Shown here piece after piece: positions 36,565 to 45,559 of a DNA stretch of 62,600 nucleotides. Origin of the DNA: Dehalococcoidales bacterium (GTDB lineage Bacteria > Chloroflexota > Dehalococcoidia > Dehalococcoidales > RBG-16-60-22); NCBI GenBank assembly GCA_034430495.1, contig DAOUEG010000115.1, positions 1 through 62,600 of the forward strand, in the 5' to 3' direction. A program made the translations under genes and the position numbers. The notes under the pieces were generated by a model. That model was not told where the DNA came from and ran no database searches. It was given only the letters and a program-made list of their open reading frames with translations. The first letter of the stretch is position 1, and every line of letters starts with the position of its first letter.

Positions 36565-37821
36565 ATGCGGAGCGATAGCTGGCTGCTGCTGGCAGCCCTC
36601 ATCCTTGTCATCTCCCTGGCGCTGCACCAGGTCCCCCTGGCGCTCATTTCACTGCTGTTCCTGCTGGCCGGGGGCGTCTCGCGGCTGTGGAACCGCTACT
36701 GCCTGAGCCGGGTGGAGTACAAGCGTCGGCTGACGGCCAACCGGGTGTTCTTCGGGGACGAGACCGTCTTCGAGATCGAAATCGCCAACCGCAAGCCGCT
36801 GCCGCTGCCCTGGCTCCACATCGAGGACGAGCTGCCGGAGCAGGTGACCCTGCTCAAGGGCAAGGCCCAGCAGGCCGCCGACGACCGGGTCGTCCTCAGC
36901 AACATGCTGCCCATCAATATGTACCACCGTGTCATCCGGCGCTTCCCGCTGAAGTGCGACCGGCGGGGGGCGTTCCTCTTCGGGCCGACCCGCCTCCACT
37001 CCGGCGACCTCTTCGGGTTCTTCCGGCGCACCATGATGATAGAGACGATGGACACGCTGCTCGTCTACCCGCGGCTCGTGCCGCTCGAGGAGCTCGGCAT
37101 CCCCTCGCACCAGTTCTTCGGGGACATCCGCCTCAAGCAGCACCTCTTCCAGGACCCGGTGCTGACCGCCGGGGTGCGGGACTACCACCCGGGCGACAGC
37201 CTGAAACGTATCCACTGGAAGAGCACGGCCCGGCTGGGGAAATTACAGACGAAGCTCTTCGAGCCGACGACGACGGTGGACATCAGCATGTTCCTCGACG
37301 TGCGGACGCTCGACGCGCCCTTCTGGGGCAGCGTGCAGCAGCTCCAGGAGCTGGCCATCATCACGGCGGCGAGCATCGCGCAGGGGGCCCTCGAAGCCGG
37401 GTTCCGGGTGGGGCTCTACGTCAACCAGATAACCCGGTTCTCCAGGGGCCTGGCGCGGGTGCCCCACAGCCAGCATCCGGAGCAGCTGGAGCGCATCCTG
37501 GAGACGCTGGCCCAGGTCCACCAGGTGGACAACATCAAGCTGGAGAACTACATCCGCCAGGAGGCGGCGGCCCTGCCCTACGGCAGCACCATCGTGGCGG
37601 TGACGGCGGTCCCCCGGCCGGAGCTGCTGGCGACGCTGCTCGATATGCAGCGCCTGGGCCGGAGCGCCGCGCTGGTGAAGGTGGGCGGCCCGCCGCCGGA
37701 CGTCAGCCGGACGCTGCGCGCCTACCACGTCACCGATGAGGCCGCCTGGAACGTGGTGGAGAAAATCGGCCTCAAGGAAGCCGGCAGCACGGCGAGCGGA
37801 AGTGATGGAAAAAAGCAATAA
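36565..37821 (+). CDS. DUF58 (vWA-like) domain protein
   Basis: 418 aa. N-terminal 2 TM helices, the DYHPGDSLKRIHWKSTAR signature of DUF58, and its position after MoxR. Confidence 0.8.
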   Translation: MRSDSWLLLAALILVISLALHQVPLALISLLFLLAGGVSRLWNRYCLSRVEYKRRLTANRVFFGDETVFEIEIANRKPLPLPWLHIEDELPEQVTLLKGKAQQAADDRVVLSNMLPINMYHRVIRRFPLKCDRRGAFLFGPTRLHSGDLFGFFRRTMMIETMDTLLVYPRLVPLEELGIPSHQFFGDIRLKQHLFQDPVLTAGVRDYHPGDSLKRIHWKSTARLGKLQTKLFEPTTTVDISMFLDVRTLDAPFWGSVQQLQELAIITAASIAQGALEAGFRVGLYVNQITRFSRGLARVPHSQHPEQLERILETLAQVHQVDNIKLENYIRQEAAALPYGSTIVAVTAVPRPELLATLLDMQRLGRSAALVKVGGPPPDVSRTLRAYHVTDEAAWNVVEKIGLKEAGSTASGSDGKKQ

Positions 37822-39295
37822 AATAGACTGGCTGGCCACCGTGCTCTACCCGCTGGCGGTCGTGCTCATGGAGGCCTTCTGGGTCTTCCCCTGGCTCTAC
37901 TGGCTGGGGAGCTGGCCGATGTACGCCGAGCCGCGCCAGCCGCTGAGCCTGGCGGCCGTCATCGTGGTGCTGGCGGCGGCGCTCGCCCTGACGAAGCTCG
38001 TCAGCCGCCACGAGGAGTGGCCGCTGGCGGCGGTCCGGACGGCGGTCGTCGGGCTGGGCGTGGCGGCGTTCTTCATCGTGTTGCGGCTGGCCTACCCGCC
38101 GCCCGCCGGGACGGGCTGGTTCGTCTATCTCCACGGTTTGCTCGACCAGACCTTCCAGCACCCCAGCACCATCGTGCTGGCGGGGCCGGCGATCGTTTAC
38201 CTCTGGTGGCGGGGCATCACGCTGGGGCGGACGACCACCTATTTCCGGGACGTGTACCGGCTCTTCATCATGGGCCTCGCGGCGCTCATCGTGCTGCTCA
38301 TCCTCTGGCAGGTCAGCGGCTACAACGAGCGGTTCAGCGCGCCGGGGCAGGACGTGGCGATGTACGTCATCGCCTTCTTCTTCTTCGGCCTGCTGGCCAT
38401 CGCCGTCTGCCACCTCTACGCGATACGCCGGACGATGCCGAAGGAGGAAGCGGCCCTCACCTCCGTGCGGCGCTGGCTGCCCATCATGCTGGCGGTGGTC
38501 GGCGGCATGGTGCTCGTCGGCTTCGGCGTGGGGGCGATATTCTCGCCGGAGTTCTTCGATTCGGTCGGCCGCATCGCCCACACGGTGGGCCACGCCCTCA
38601 GTACCGCCGCCGAGTACATTTTGATACCCCTCGGCTACGTCATGGAGGCGGTGCTGTGGGTGCTGCGGTGGTTCATCAACCTCATCCGGGGGAACCTCTC
38701 GGGCGTGGAGCAGGCGTCGAGCGCCAACCAGACGCCGTTGTTCCAGAACGTTGACACCAAGGCCTGGCCGCCGGAGATTCTCGCCGCGCTCAAGTGGGGC
38801 GTCCTCGTGATCATCCTCGGGCTGGTGGTGTTCTTCATCGCCCGGGCGGTGACGCGCTCCCGGCGGCGGCGGAACGCGGAGGACATCGAAGAAATCAACG
38901 AGTCCCTCTTCAGCTGGGCGGGCCTCCGCGACGATTTGAAAGACCTCTTCGGCCACCTGCGGAACCGTTTTGCCCCCAAGCGGCGGCCGCGGCCGCGCAC
39001 GTTTGATGATACCGCCGGGACGCTCGACGTGCGGGAAATTTACCGGCGGCTGCTGTGGGAATCGGCCCGCTCCGGGCTGCCGCGGCGCCCCGGGGAAACG
39101 GTGGAGGAGTACGCGCGGCGCCTGGGGCGGCTGGTACCGGACAGCGCCGCGCCGCTCGAAGGCATCAACCCGGCCTACTCGGAAGCGCGCTACGGCGACC
39201 GGCAACTGGCCGGGGAGCGGGTGCAGGGCGCCAACCAGCTCTGGCGGAGCCTGCGCGGCGTGCTGCGCAGGCTCCGCGGCGAGCCGGGACCGTAA
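37805..39295 (+). CDS. Polytopic membrane protein with C-terminal DUF4129-like domain
   Basis: About 496 aa from ATG 37805, overlapping the DUF58 gene. Multiple TM helices. C-terminal IYRRLLWESARSGLPRRPGETVEEYARRL...YSEARYG motif. Confidence 0.7.
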   Translation: MEKSNKIDWLATVLYPLAVVLMEAFWVFPWLYWLGSWPMYAEPRQPLSLAAVIVVLAAALALTKLVSRHEEWPLAAVRTAVVGLGVAAFFIVLRLAYPPPAGTGWFVYLHGLLDQTFQHPSTIVLAGPAIVYLWWRGITLGRTTTYFRDVYRLFIMGLAALIVLLILWQVSGYNERFSAPGQDVAMYVIAFFFFGLLAIAVCHLYAIRRTMPKEEAALTSVRRWLPIMLAVVGGMVLVGFGVGAIFSPEFFDSVGRIAHTVGHALSTAAEYILIPLGYVMEAVLWVLRWFINLIRGNLSGVEQASSANQTPLFQNVDTKAWPPEILAALKWGVLVIILGLVVFFIARAVTRSRRRRNAEDIEEINESLFSWAGLRDDLKDLFGHLRNRFAPKRRPRPRTFDDTAGTLDVREIYRRLLWESARSGLPRRPGETVEEYARRLGRLVPDSAAPLEGINPAYSEARYGDRQLAGERVQGANQLWRSLRGVLRRLRGEPGP

Positions 39296-39323
39296 AATTC
39301 ACCATCTGTGAGGTTCATTGCCC

Positions 39324-40565
39324 ATGACGACCGATGCCAGGCAGCTCCGGAAAGAACGCGAGGAACGCATCATGAACGCCATCCGGTTCAAGCCGAACGA
39401 CCGGGTGCCGGTGGACACGCCCATCGGCTACTTCCCGGCCCGGGTGGCCGGTATACCCTGCTCGGCGGCGTTCTATGATTTCGACGCGTGGTACGACGCC
39501 TACGATACGACCATACCGGACTACCCGGCGGACATGATATTCGTGCAGGGGTTTCAGCCGGGCACGGCGCTGGAAATCCTCCAGCCGCAGCAGAGCCGCT
39601 GGCCGGGCTTCAACACGGACCCCAACCACGGCCACCAGTCCATGGAGATAGAGAACATGCGGGCGGACGAGTACGACGCCTTCCTGGAAGACCCGTCCGA
39701 TTACCTGTTCCGCGTCCATACCTCGCGGGTGGCGCCGAAGCTGGCCGGGCTGGCGAAGTTCCCCCGCCTGAGCGAGCTGCACGGCTTCATGGGGGCGAAC
39801 GCCATCGCGGCGGCCCTCGCCCAGGATGACGTGGCCCTGGCGGTTCAGACGTTGATGGAGACCGGGCGGGAGCGGGAGAAGTGGCGGGACCGGATCGAGA
39901 AGTTCAATAAAATGGTCGAAGGGCACGGCTTTCCCCAGTACTTCCAGGGCGCATGGATGCCGCCCTACGACCTGATGTCCCACTCCATCCGCGGCATGGA
40001 GGGCGTTATGCAGGACATCTTCCGGCAGCCGGACAAGCTCATCGCCGCCTGCGAGAAAATCCTGGAGATTGAGCTCCGGCGGCCGGACCCGTTCCCGAGC
40101 GAGAACGGCTACACCCGCATCTTTATGACCAACACGCGCGGCTCCGACGACTTCATGTCCACCAGGCACTTCGACAAGTTCTACTGGCCCACCTTCAGGA
40201 AGCTCGTCCACGCCCTCATCGAGCGGGGGCTCACGCCGTGCATCTTCTTCGAGGGCAACTTCACCTCGCGGCTCGAATATCTGCTGGAGTTCCCGAAGGG
40301 CAGCCTCTGCGCCAAGCTGGACACGACGGATATCTTCAAGGCCAAGCGGATACTCGGGGGCCACGTCTGTATCGAGGGGAACGTGCCGTCCTCGCTGCTC
40401 CAGGTGGGCACCGTCGAGCAGGTCAAGGACCACTGCAAGCGGCTCATTGATGCCTGCGCGCCCGGCGGCGGCTTTATCCTGGCCCCCCGCAGCTCCACCG
40501 ACGAGGTCAAGCCGGAGAACCTGCGGGCCATGATTGACTGCGCTACCGAGTACGGCGTCTACTAA
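39324..40565 (+). CDS. Uroporphyrinogen decarboxylase (URO-D) family protein, MtaA/CmuA-like methyltransferase candidate
   Basis: 413 aa from ATG 39324. TIM-barrel URO-D-like C-terminal region (CIFFEGNFT...HVCIEGNVP...GGGFILAP). Function uncertain. Confidence 0.6.
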   Translation: MTTDARQLRKEREERIMNAIRFKPNDRVPVDTPIGYFPARVAGIPCSAAFYDFDAWYDAYDTTIPDYPADMIFVQGFQPGTALEILQPQQSRWPGFNTDPNHGHQSMEIENMRADEYDAFLEDPSDYLFRVHTSRVAPKLAGLAKFPRLSELHGFMGANAIAAALAQDDVALAVQTLMETGREREKWRDRIEKFNKMVEGHGFPQYFQGAWMPPYDLMSHSIRGMEGVMQDIFRQPDKLIAACEKILEIELRRPDPFPSENGYTRIFMTNTRGSDDFMSTRHFDKFYWPTFRKLVHALIERGLTPCIFFEGNFTSRLEYLLEFPKGSLCAKLDTTDIFKAKRILGGHVCIEGNVPSSLLQVGTVEQVKDHCKRLIDACAPGGGFILAPRSSTDEVKPENLRAMIDCATEYGVY

Positions 40566-41734
40566 GTCCCGAGCTTGTTCATCAGGTGTGAGAGGGCGAA
40601 GCTGAGGGTGCGGCGGATGTACTGCTGCGGGCGGCCGGGGAAGTCCGGCGTGCGGGTCTCCGTGCCTTCCGCCGCGGCGATGGTGAGGAACGAGGCGGTC
40701 TTCATGCCGTCGCCCTCCGGGACGCAGTAGCCGTCAATCGCCAGCGCCAGGTCCGCCCCGTAGAAATCGCGGGCCCGCTCGGCCAGTTCCCTGGAACGCG
40801 CCTCCCCGGCCCCGGCGGCGTCCGCCGGTAAGACGAGGCCGCCCTTGAAGAAGCGGACGCTGTCCGGCGCTTCGGCGAAGAGCTGCGTGAGCTGGCCTCC
40901 CGTGAACGTCTCGGCGACGGCCAGCGTGCGGCCCGTTGCCACCAGCCGCCGCCCGATGGAGCTTTCCATGGTGTCGTCGTCGGCGCCCCAGACGTTCTGG
41001 CCGATGACGCCGCGGATCTCCTCCTCCCGCGCCGCCGCCAGTCTGGCGGCCTCTTCCCGGGTGGGCGCCTTGGCGGTGATGCGGAGGTGGATGCCGTCCG
41101 CCTTGGCGTAGATGCCGAGGGTGGGGTTGCTGCCGGAGAGGAAGGGGGTCATCAGCTCGTCCACGAGGCCCTCGGACATGCCGAAGGTCTTGAGCGTGTG
41201 GGACAGGATGACGGCGCCGCTCTTTTTCTCCAGCCGCGGCAGCACCTGCTGGAACCACATGTCCTGGCACTCGATGGGCGGGCCGGGCATGAGGACGATG
41301 ATGCGGCCCTCCTTCTCCACCCACCAGCCGGGCGCCGTGCCGGCCCGGTTGGGCAGCGCCGTGGCGGAGGGAATGAGGGTGGCCTGCTTCAGGTTGTTGT
41401 CCGGCATCTCGATGTTGCGCCGGGTGAAAAACCGGGTCAGCGTCTGCCGCAACTCCGGCCGGACGGTCATCTCCTCGCCGACGAGGGCGGCGGTCACCTC
41501 GCGGGTGATGTCCCCCTTGGTCGGGCCGAGGCCGCCGGTGGTGATGATGAGGTCCGCCCGCTCCCAGGCCCGGCGGAGGACGCTCGAGTAGCGCTCGAAG
41601 TTGTCCCCGACGACGGAGGAGAAGTGGAGGTCAATGCCGAGCGCCGCGAGCTGCCTGGCCAGGAACGAAGTATTGGTATCAGCTATCTCCCCGAGGAGGA
41701 GCTCGGAGCCGCTGGTGATGATCTCTGCTTTCAT
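40562..41734 (-). CDS. cinA: CinA-family competence/damage-inducible protein (MoCF-binding plus PncC-like domains)
   Basis: 390 aa from ATG 41734. MKAEIITSGSELLLGEIADTNTSFLARQL and TTGGLGPT. Confidence 0.88.
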   Translation of the reverse strand: MKAEIITSGSELLLGEIADTNTSFLARQLAALGIDLHFSSVVGDNFERYSSVLRRAWERADLIITTGGLGPTKGDITREVTAALVGEEMTVRPELRQTLTRFFTRRNIEMPDNNLKQATLIPSATALPNRAGTAPGWWVEKEGRIIVLMPGPPIECQDMWFQQVLPRLEKKSGAVILSHTLKTFGMSEGLVDELMTPFLSGSNPTLGIYAKADGIHLRITAKAPTREEAARLAAAREEEIRGVIGQNVWGADDDTMESSIGRRLVATGRTLAVAETFTGGQLTQLFAEAPDSVRFFKGGLVLPADAAGAGEARSRELAERARDFYGADLALAIDGYCVPEGDGMKTASFLTIAAAEGTETRTPDFPGRPQQYIRRTLSFALSHLMNKLGT

Positions 41735-41791
41735 GGGACCTTCCTTGCGGGTGCTCTCCCCATTATGGGGGAAGAGGCGGCAATGCTCAAG

Positions 41792-41821
41792 TTGGCGTAG
41801 CGGGCCGGAAACTGGTACTAT
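41792..41821 (+). promoter_or_regulatory. Candidate promoter of the MFS-pyk unit
   Basis: TTGGCG-N18-TACTAT. Confidence 0.45.
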
Positions 41822-41841
41822 TGAGGTAACCTTTTGAAGGA

Positions 41842-41873
41842 GCAGATGCGCCATCGGCACCTGCCCCTTTTTT
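41842..41873 (+). terminator. Intrinsic-terminator-like hairpin in the 5' leader (attenuator candidate)
   Basis: gcagatgc...gcacctgc stem (8 bp, one mismatch) followed by cccTTTTTT. It overlaps a 9-codon mini-ORF (41846-41875) and lies 23 nt before the MFS ATG. Confidence 0.45.
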
Positions 41874-41895
41874 GATTGGACAGAGTAGGCCCGCT

Positions 41896-43119
41896 ATGTT
41901 CAAAGAGGACTCCCGCTACCGCTGGTACGCGCTGCTGCTGGCCACGCTCACCTACGGCGCCATCGCCGGGGCGGAGCGGCTGTCCATGCCGGTGCTCTTC
42001 CCCGCCATCGCCAGGGACCTCCATCTGAGCCTGGTGCAGATAGGCACGGTCTGGGGCATGGACCCGCTCGCCGGGGTGTTCATCGGGCTGCCGGGCGGGC
42101 TGCTGGTGGACCGCTTCGGCCTCAAGCGGACGCTGACCATCGTCTGTATCTTCGCCGGGATATTCGGGGCGCTGCGCGGCTTTTCCGTTGACTTCATCAC
42201 CATGTCCGTCTTCATGTTCCTCTTCGGCATCATGGCGGCCATCACGCCGAGCGTGGTGCCCAAGGTAACGGCGGTCTGGTTCGACGGCAAGCAGCTCGCC
42301 AATGCCAACGGCCTGCTCAACGTGGCGTGGTCGGTCGGGGCCGTCTTCGCCACGATGTCGAGCGCCACGGTGCTGGCCCCCTTCCTGGGCGGCTGGCGGG
42401 GCGTGCTCTTCCTCTTCGCGGCCCCGCCCCTTCTGCTCGGGCTGGCGTGGTGGTTCACCGGCCGCGAGCCGCACAGGCCCATCCGGGCTTACGAGACCGG
42501 CGAAACGGAGACGGTGCCGTTCAAACAGGCGCTCTCCCACGTGCTGCGCATCAAGAACGTCTGGATCCTCGGCCTTACCCTGACGAGCTACTGGGGCGCC
42601 AACATGGGCTTCGGCGGCTACCTGACGCTCTACCTGGAGGACTCCCTCCACTGGTCAACGGCGGCGGCCGGCGGCGCCATGACCCTGCTCAGCGGCATCG
42701 GCATCCTCGGCGTCATGCCGATGGTCTGGTACTCCAATAAGATAGGCTCGCGGAAGGCGGTCATCGGCATCGCCGCGGCGGTGGTGGGGGTCAGCATGGC
42801 GGCGGTGCCCTTCGTCAGCGGCAGCGCCCTGTGGCTGCTCATCGTCGTCGGCGGGCTGCTGCGGGCCGGCGCCACCGCCCTCAGCAACACCATGCTCTTC
42901 GAGATGAAGGGCGTCGGCGGCAAGTACGCCGGGACGGCCATCGGCCTGACGAACACCCTCGGCATGGTGGGGGCCTTCCTCTCGCCGCCCATCGGCAATA
43001 GCCTGAGTTCCATCAGCGATGGCGCTCCCATCCTGTTCTGGGCGGCCCTGTCGCTCCTCACGCTGCCCTTGCTTTTCTTCATCAAAGAGCGCAACATACA
43101 CGAAGAGCCAGCCTACTAA
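41896..43119 (+). CDS. MFS transporter
   Basis: 407 aa from ATG 41896 (the track uses TTG 41872). 12 hydrophobic segments and GGLLVDRFGLKR loop motif. Confidence 0.85.
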   Translation: MFKEDSRYRWYALLLATLTYGAIAGAERLSMPVLFPAIARDLHLSLVQIGTVWGMDPLAGVFIGLPGGLLVDRFGLKRTLTIVCIFAGIFGALRGFSVDFITMSVFMFLFGIMAAITPSVVPKVTAVWFDGKQLANANGLLNVAWSVGAVFATMSSATVLAPFLGGWRGVLFLFAAPPLLLGLAWWFTGREPHRPIRAYETGETETVPFKQALSHVLRIKNVWILGLTLTSYWGANMGFGGYLTLYLEDSLHWSTAAAGGAMTLLSGIGILGVMPMVWYSNKIGSRKAVIGIAAAVVGVSMAAVPFVSGSALWLLIVVGGLLRAGATALSNTMLFEMKGVGGKYAGTAIGLTNTLGMVGAFLSPPIGNSLSSISDGAPILFWAALSLLTLPLLFFIKERNIHEEPAY

Positions 43120-43134
43120 GCCGGGAGGTGCGCG

Positions 43135-44577
43135 ATGCCCCGAGCGAGAACCTATCAGCCGAGGGCCAAAATCATCGCCACCATAGGCCCGGCGACCGCC
43201 AAAACGACGGTGCTCGGGCGCATGGTGCGGGCCGGCATGAACGTCGCCCGGCTCAACCTCTCCCACGGCACCTTTTCCGAACACGAGACGTACATCAGCC
43301 GGGTGCGCGAGGCCGCCGCGGCGGCCGGCAAGCCGGTGGCCGTCCTCATTGACTTGCCGGGCCCCAAGTACCGCATCGGAAAGCTGGAAGGCGGGCAGGT
43401 GACGCTGCGGCGCGGCCAGACGGTGCGGCTCACCGGCGATGACGTCACCGGCGATAAGAACACGCTGCCGGTGACCCTGCCGAGCCTGGACAAGAGTGTC
43501 CGCCCCCACGATACCGTCATCCTCGACGACGGCACCATCTTGCTCCGGGTGCGCGCCATCGAAGGGGGCAGCATCGTCTGCCGGGTCACCGTGGGCGGGG
43601 TGCTCATTCAGGGGCGGGGGCTCGTCGTGCCCGGCATGAAAATCTCCGTGCCCTTCATGACGGAGCGGCTGCGGGAGTGCCTGGCCTTCGCGGTGACGCA
43701 GCAGCCGGACTACCTGGCGCTCTCCTTCGTGACGACGGCCGAGGACATCGCCGGCGTGCGGGCGGTTTTGAAGGAGCTCGGCACGAGCGTCCCCGTCGTC
43801 GCCAAGATAGAGCGCGCCGAGGCGCTGGAGAATTTCGCCAGGATACTGGACGCGGTGGACGGCGTCATGGTGGCCCGGGGCGACCTGGGCGTGGAGCTGC
43901 CGCTGGAACGCGTGCCGCTCATCCAGAAGGACCTCATCCGGGCCTGCAACCGGGTCGGCAAGCCGGTCATCACCGCCACCGAGATGCTCGAGTCCATGAT
44001 CAACGAGGCCCGGCCCACCCGCGCCGAGGCGACGGACGTGGCCAACGCCATCTTCGACGGCACGGACGCCATCATGCTGTCCGGGGAGACCTCCATCGGC
44101 AAGTACCCGGTGGACGCGGTGCGGACGATGGCCCGCATCGCCCGGGCGGCCGAGAAGAAGCTCCGCTACGACGAGCTGCTGGCCGAGCGCCGCCAGTGGC
44201 TCTGCGCCGAGACCGACGAGGTCATCAGCTTCAACGCCTGCCAGACGGCCTACAGCCTCAACGCGGCCTGCATCGTGGCCTTCACCCAGTCCGGCAGCAC
44301 GGCGCGGCGCATCGCCCGGTACCGCCCGAGCGTCCCGGTGCTGGCCCTGACGCCGGACCCGCGGGTGCTGCGGCGGCTGCTCCTCTACTGGGGCGTGCGG
44401 CCGGAGACGGTCACCGGCGCGCCGGACCGGCTCGGCGATGTCTTCACCTTCGCGGCGGCCAGGGCCCGCGACCTGGGCCTGGCCAGACCGGGGGACAACA
44501 TCATCATCTCCGCGGGGATACCCATCGGCGAGGCGGGGACGACCAACCTGCTCAAGGTGGAGCAGGTAACGGCCTGA
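43135..44577 (+). CDS. pyk: Pyruvate kinase
   Basis: 480 aa. KIIATIGPA, MNVARLNLSHG, MVARGDLGVE, and a C-terminal regulatory domain. Confidence 0.95.
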   Translation: MPRARTYQPRAKIIATIGPATAKTTVLGRMVRAGMNVARLNLSHGTFSEHETYISRVREAAAAAGKPVAVLIDLPGPKYRIGKLEGGQVTLRRGQTVRLTGDDVTGDKNTLPVTLPSLDKSVRPHDTVILDDGTILLRVRAIEGGSIVCRVTVGGVLIQGRGLVVPGMKISVPFMTERLRECLAFAVTQQPDYLALSFVTTAEDIAGVRAVLKELGTSVPVVAKIERAEALENFARILDAVDGVMVARGDLGVELPLERVPLIQKDLIRACNRVGKPVITATEMLESMINEARPTRAEATDVANAIFDGTDAIMLSGETSIGKYPVDAVRTMARIARAAEKKLRYDELLAERRQWLCAETDEVISFNACQTAYSLNAACIVAFTQSGSTARRIARYRPSVPVLALTPDPRVLRRLLLYWGVRPETVTGAPDRLGDVFTFAAARARDLGLARPGDNIIISAGIPIGEAGTTNLLKVEQVTA

Positions 44578-44585
44578 ACCCCGTT

Positions 44586-44614
44586 TTGACAAACCCCGCC
44601 CGTTCCCTTACGAT
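44586..44614 (+). promoter_or_regulatory. Sigma-70-type promoter of bicupin paralog 1
   Basis: TTGACA-N17-TACGAT. SD GAAGGAG precedes the ATG. Confidence 0.6.
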
Positions 44615-44647
44615 GCTACCAATGTTCCGTCCGAAGGAGATTTCGCC

Positions 44648-45556
44648 ATGCCATCCAGCTACGCAAACTACCTCCACAAGCTGACCTTCAGCAACGACGG
44701 CCCCGGCTACTACCGGCAGGTGACCACCATTGATTTGAGCCCGTGGGACATTGACACCCGCATCCAGTACGGCGTCTACGAGGCGGCCGGGCCGCTGGCG
44801 GCGGAGAGCCCGGTGGCCCACACCCACGATTTCGACCAGGTGATGCTCTTCTACGGCGCCGACGCCGCCGACATGGGCGAGCTCGGGGCGGAGATTGAGT
44901 TCCGCCTCAGCGAGACGGCGGAGCGGTTCATGATAACCTCTTCCACGGCGGTGGCGATACCGAAGGGGATGCCGCACTTCCCGGCGGAAATCCAGCGCAT
45001 GAACAGGCGGTTCGTCGGCGTGACGGTGTCCGCGTCATCGGCCTACCGCGAGAAGGCGTACGACATCAGCAAGGAGACGCTCGACAAGGCGCCCTACGGC
45101 AGCTTCATGGGCGGGCTCCGCAAGCACGTCATCCCCATGGCCTTCCAGCGCAAGGGGCCGTGGAGCTACGGCCCGAGCAACCGGGACGATTCCGGCGGCA
45201 GCCTGACCTTCATCCGCGGCAACGACGTGGGCTTCGAGTTCCTCATCATGCTGGAGAGCATCAAGAAGGTGCCCTACCGCTTCGGGCCGGACCCGGACAG
45301 GCCCCACGCCCATGCCCAGCCGGAGATTCTGTTCTTCCTGGGGACGGACCTGGACGACGTATCGAAGCTCAACGGGGAGGCGGAGATCTGTCTCGGCAAG
45401 GAGATGGAGCGCCACACCATCACGGAGCCGACGGCGGTGGTGGTGCCGAAGGGTCTGGCCCACAACCCGCTCGTGATGACGAAGCTGGAAAAACCGTTCC
45501 TGCTGATGGACGTGCGGCCCTTCGGGAGCGGACCGATGAACGCGGGCCGGGGCTAG
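44648..45556 (+). CDS. Uncharacterised bicupin-like protein, paralog 1
   Basis: 302 aa. Two internal repeats, each with HxH...(D/E)...F.G.D...LG.E.E then P(K/A)G..H.P (HTHDFDQVMLFYG...IPKGMPHFP and HAHAQPEILFFLG...VPKGLAHNP). Confidence 0.6.
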   Translation: MPSSYANYLHKLTFSNDGPGYYRQVTTIDLSPWDIDTRIQYGVYEAAGPLAAESPVAHTHDFDQVMLFYGADAADMGELGAEIEFRLSETAERFMITSSTAVAIPKGMPHFPAEIQRMNRRFVGVTVSASSAYREKAYDISKETLDKAPYGSFMGGLRKHVIPMAFQRKGPWSYGPSNRDDSGGSLTFIRGNDVGFEFLIMLESIKKVPYRFGPDPDRPHAHAQPEILFFLGTDLDDVSKLNGEAEICLGKEMERHTITEPTAVVVPKGLAHNPLVMTKLEKPFLLMDVRPFGSGPMNAGRG

Positions 45557-45559
45557 CGG

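Noticed and set aside
42655-44592. 645-aa minus-strand ORF opposite MFS and pyruvate kinase. Similar long antisense ORFs occur at 47286-49478 (+), 51550-53451 (-), 54514-56124 (-), 17975-19906 (-), 13142-15142 (+) and 37772-39205 (-).
   Set aside because: All are shadow ORFs opposite genes with clear family motifs. All show the Arg/Gly/Ala/Pro/His/Asp-rich, Lys/Ile/Phe/Asn-poor bias expected from reading GC3-rich genes antisense.
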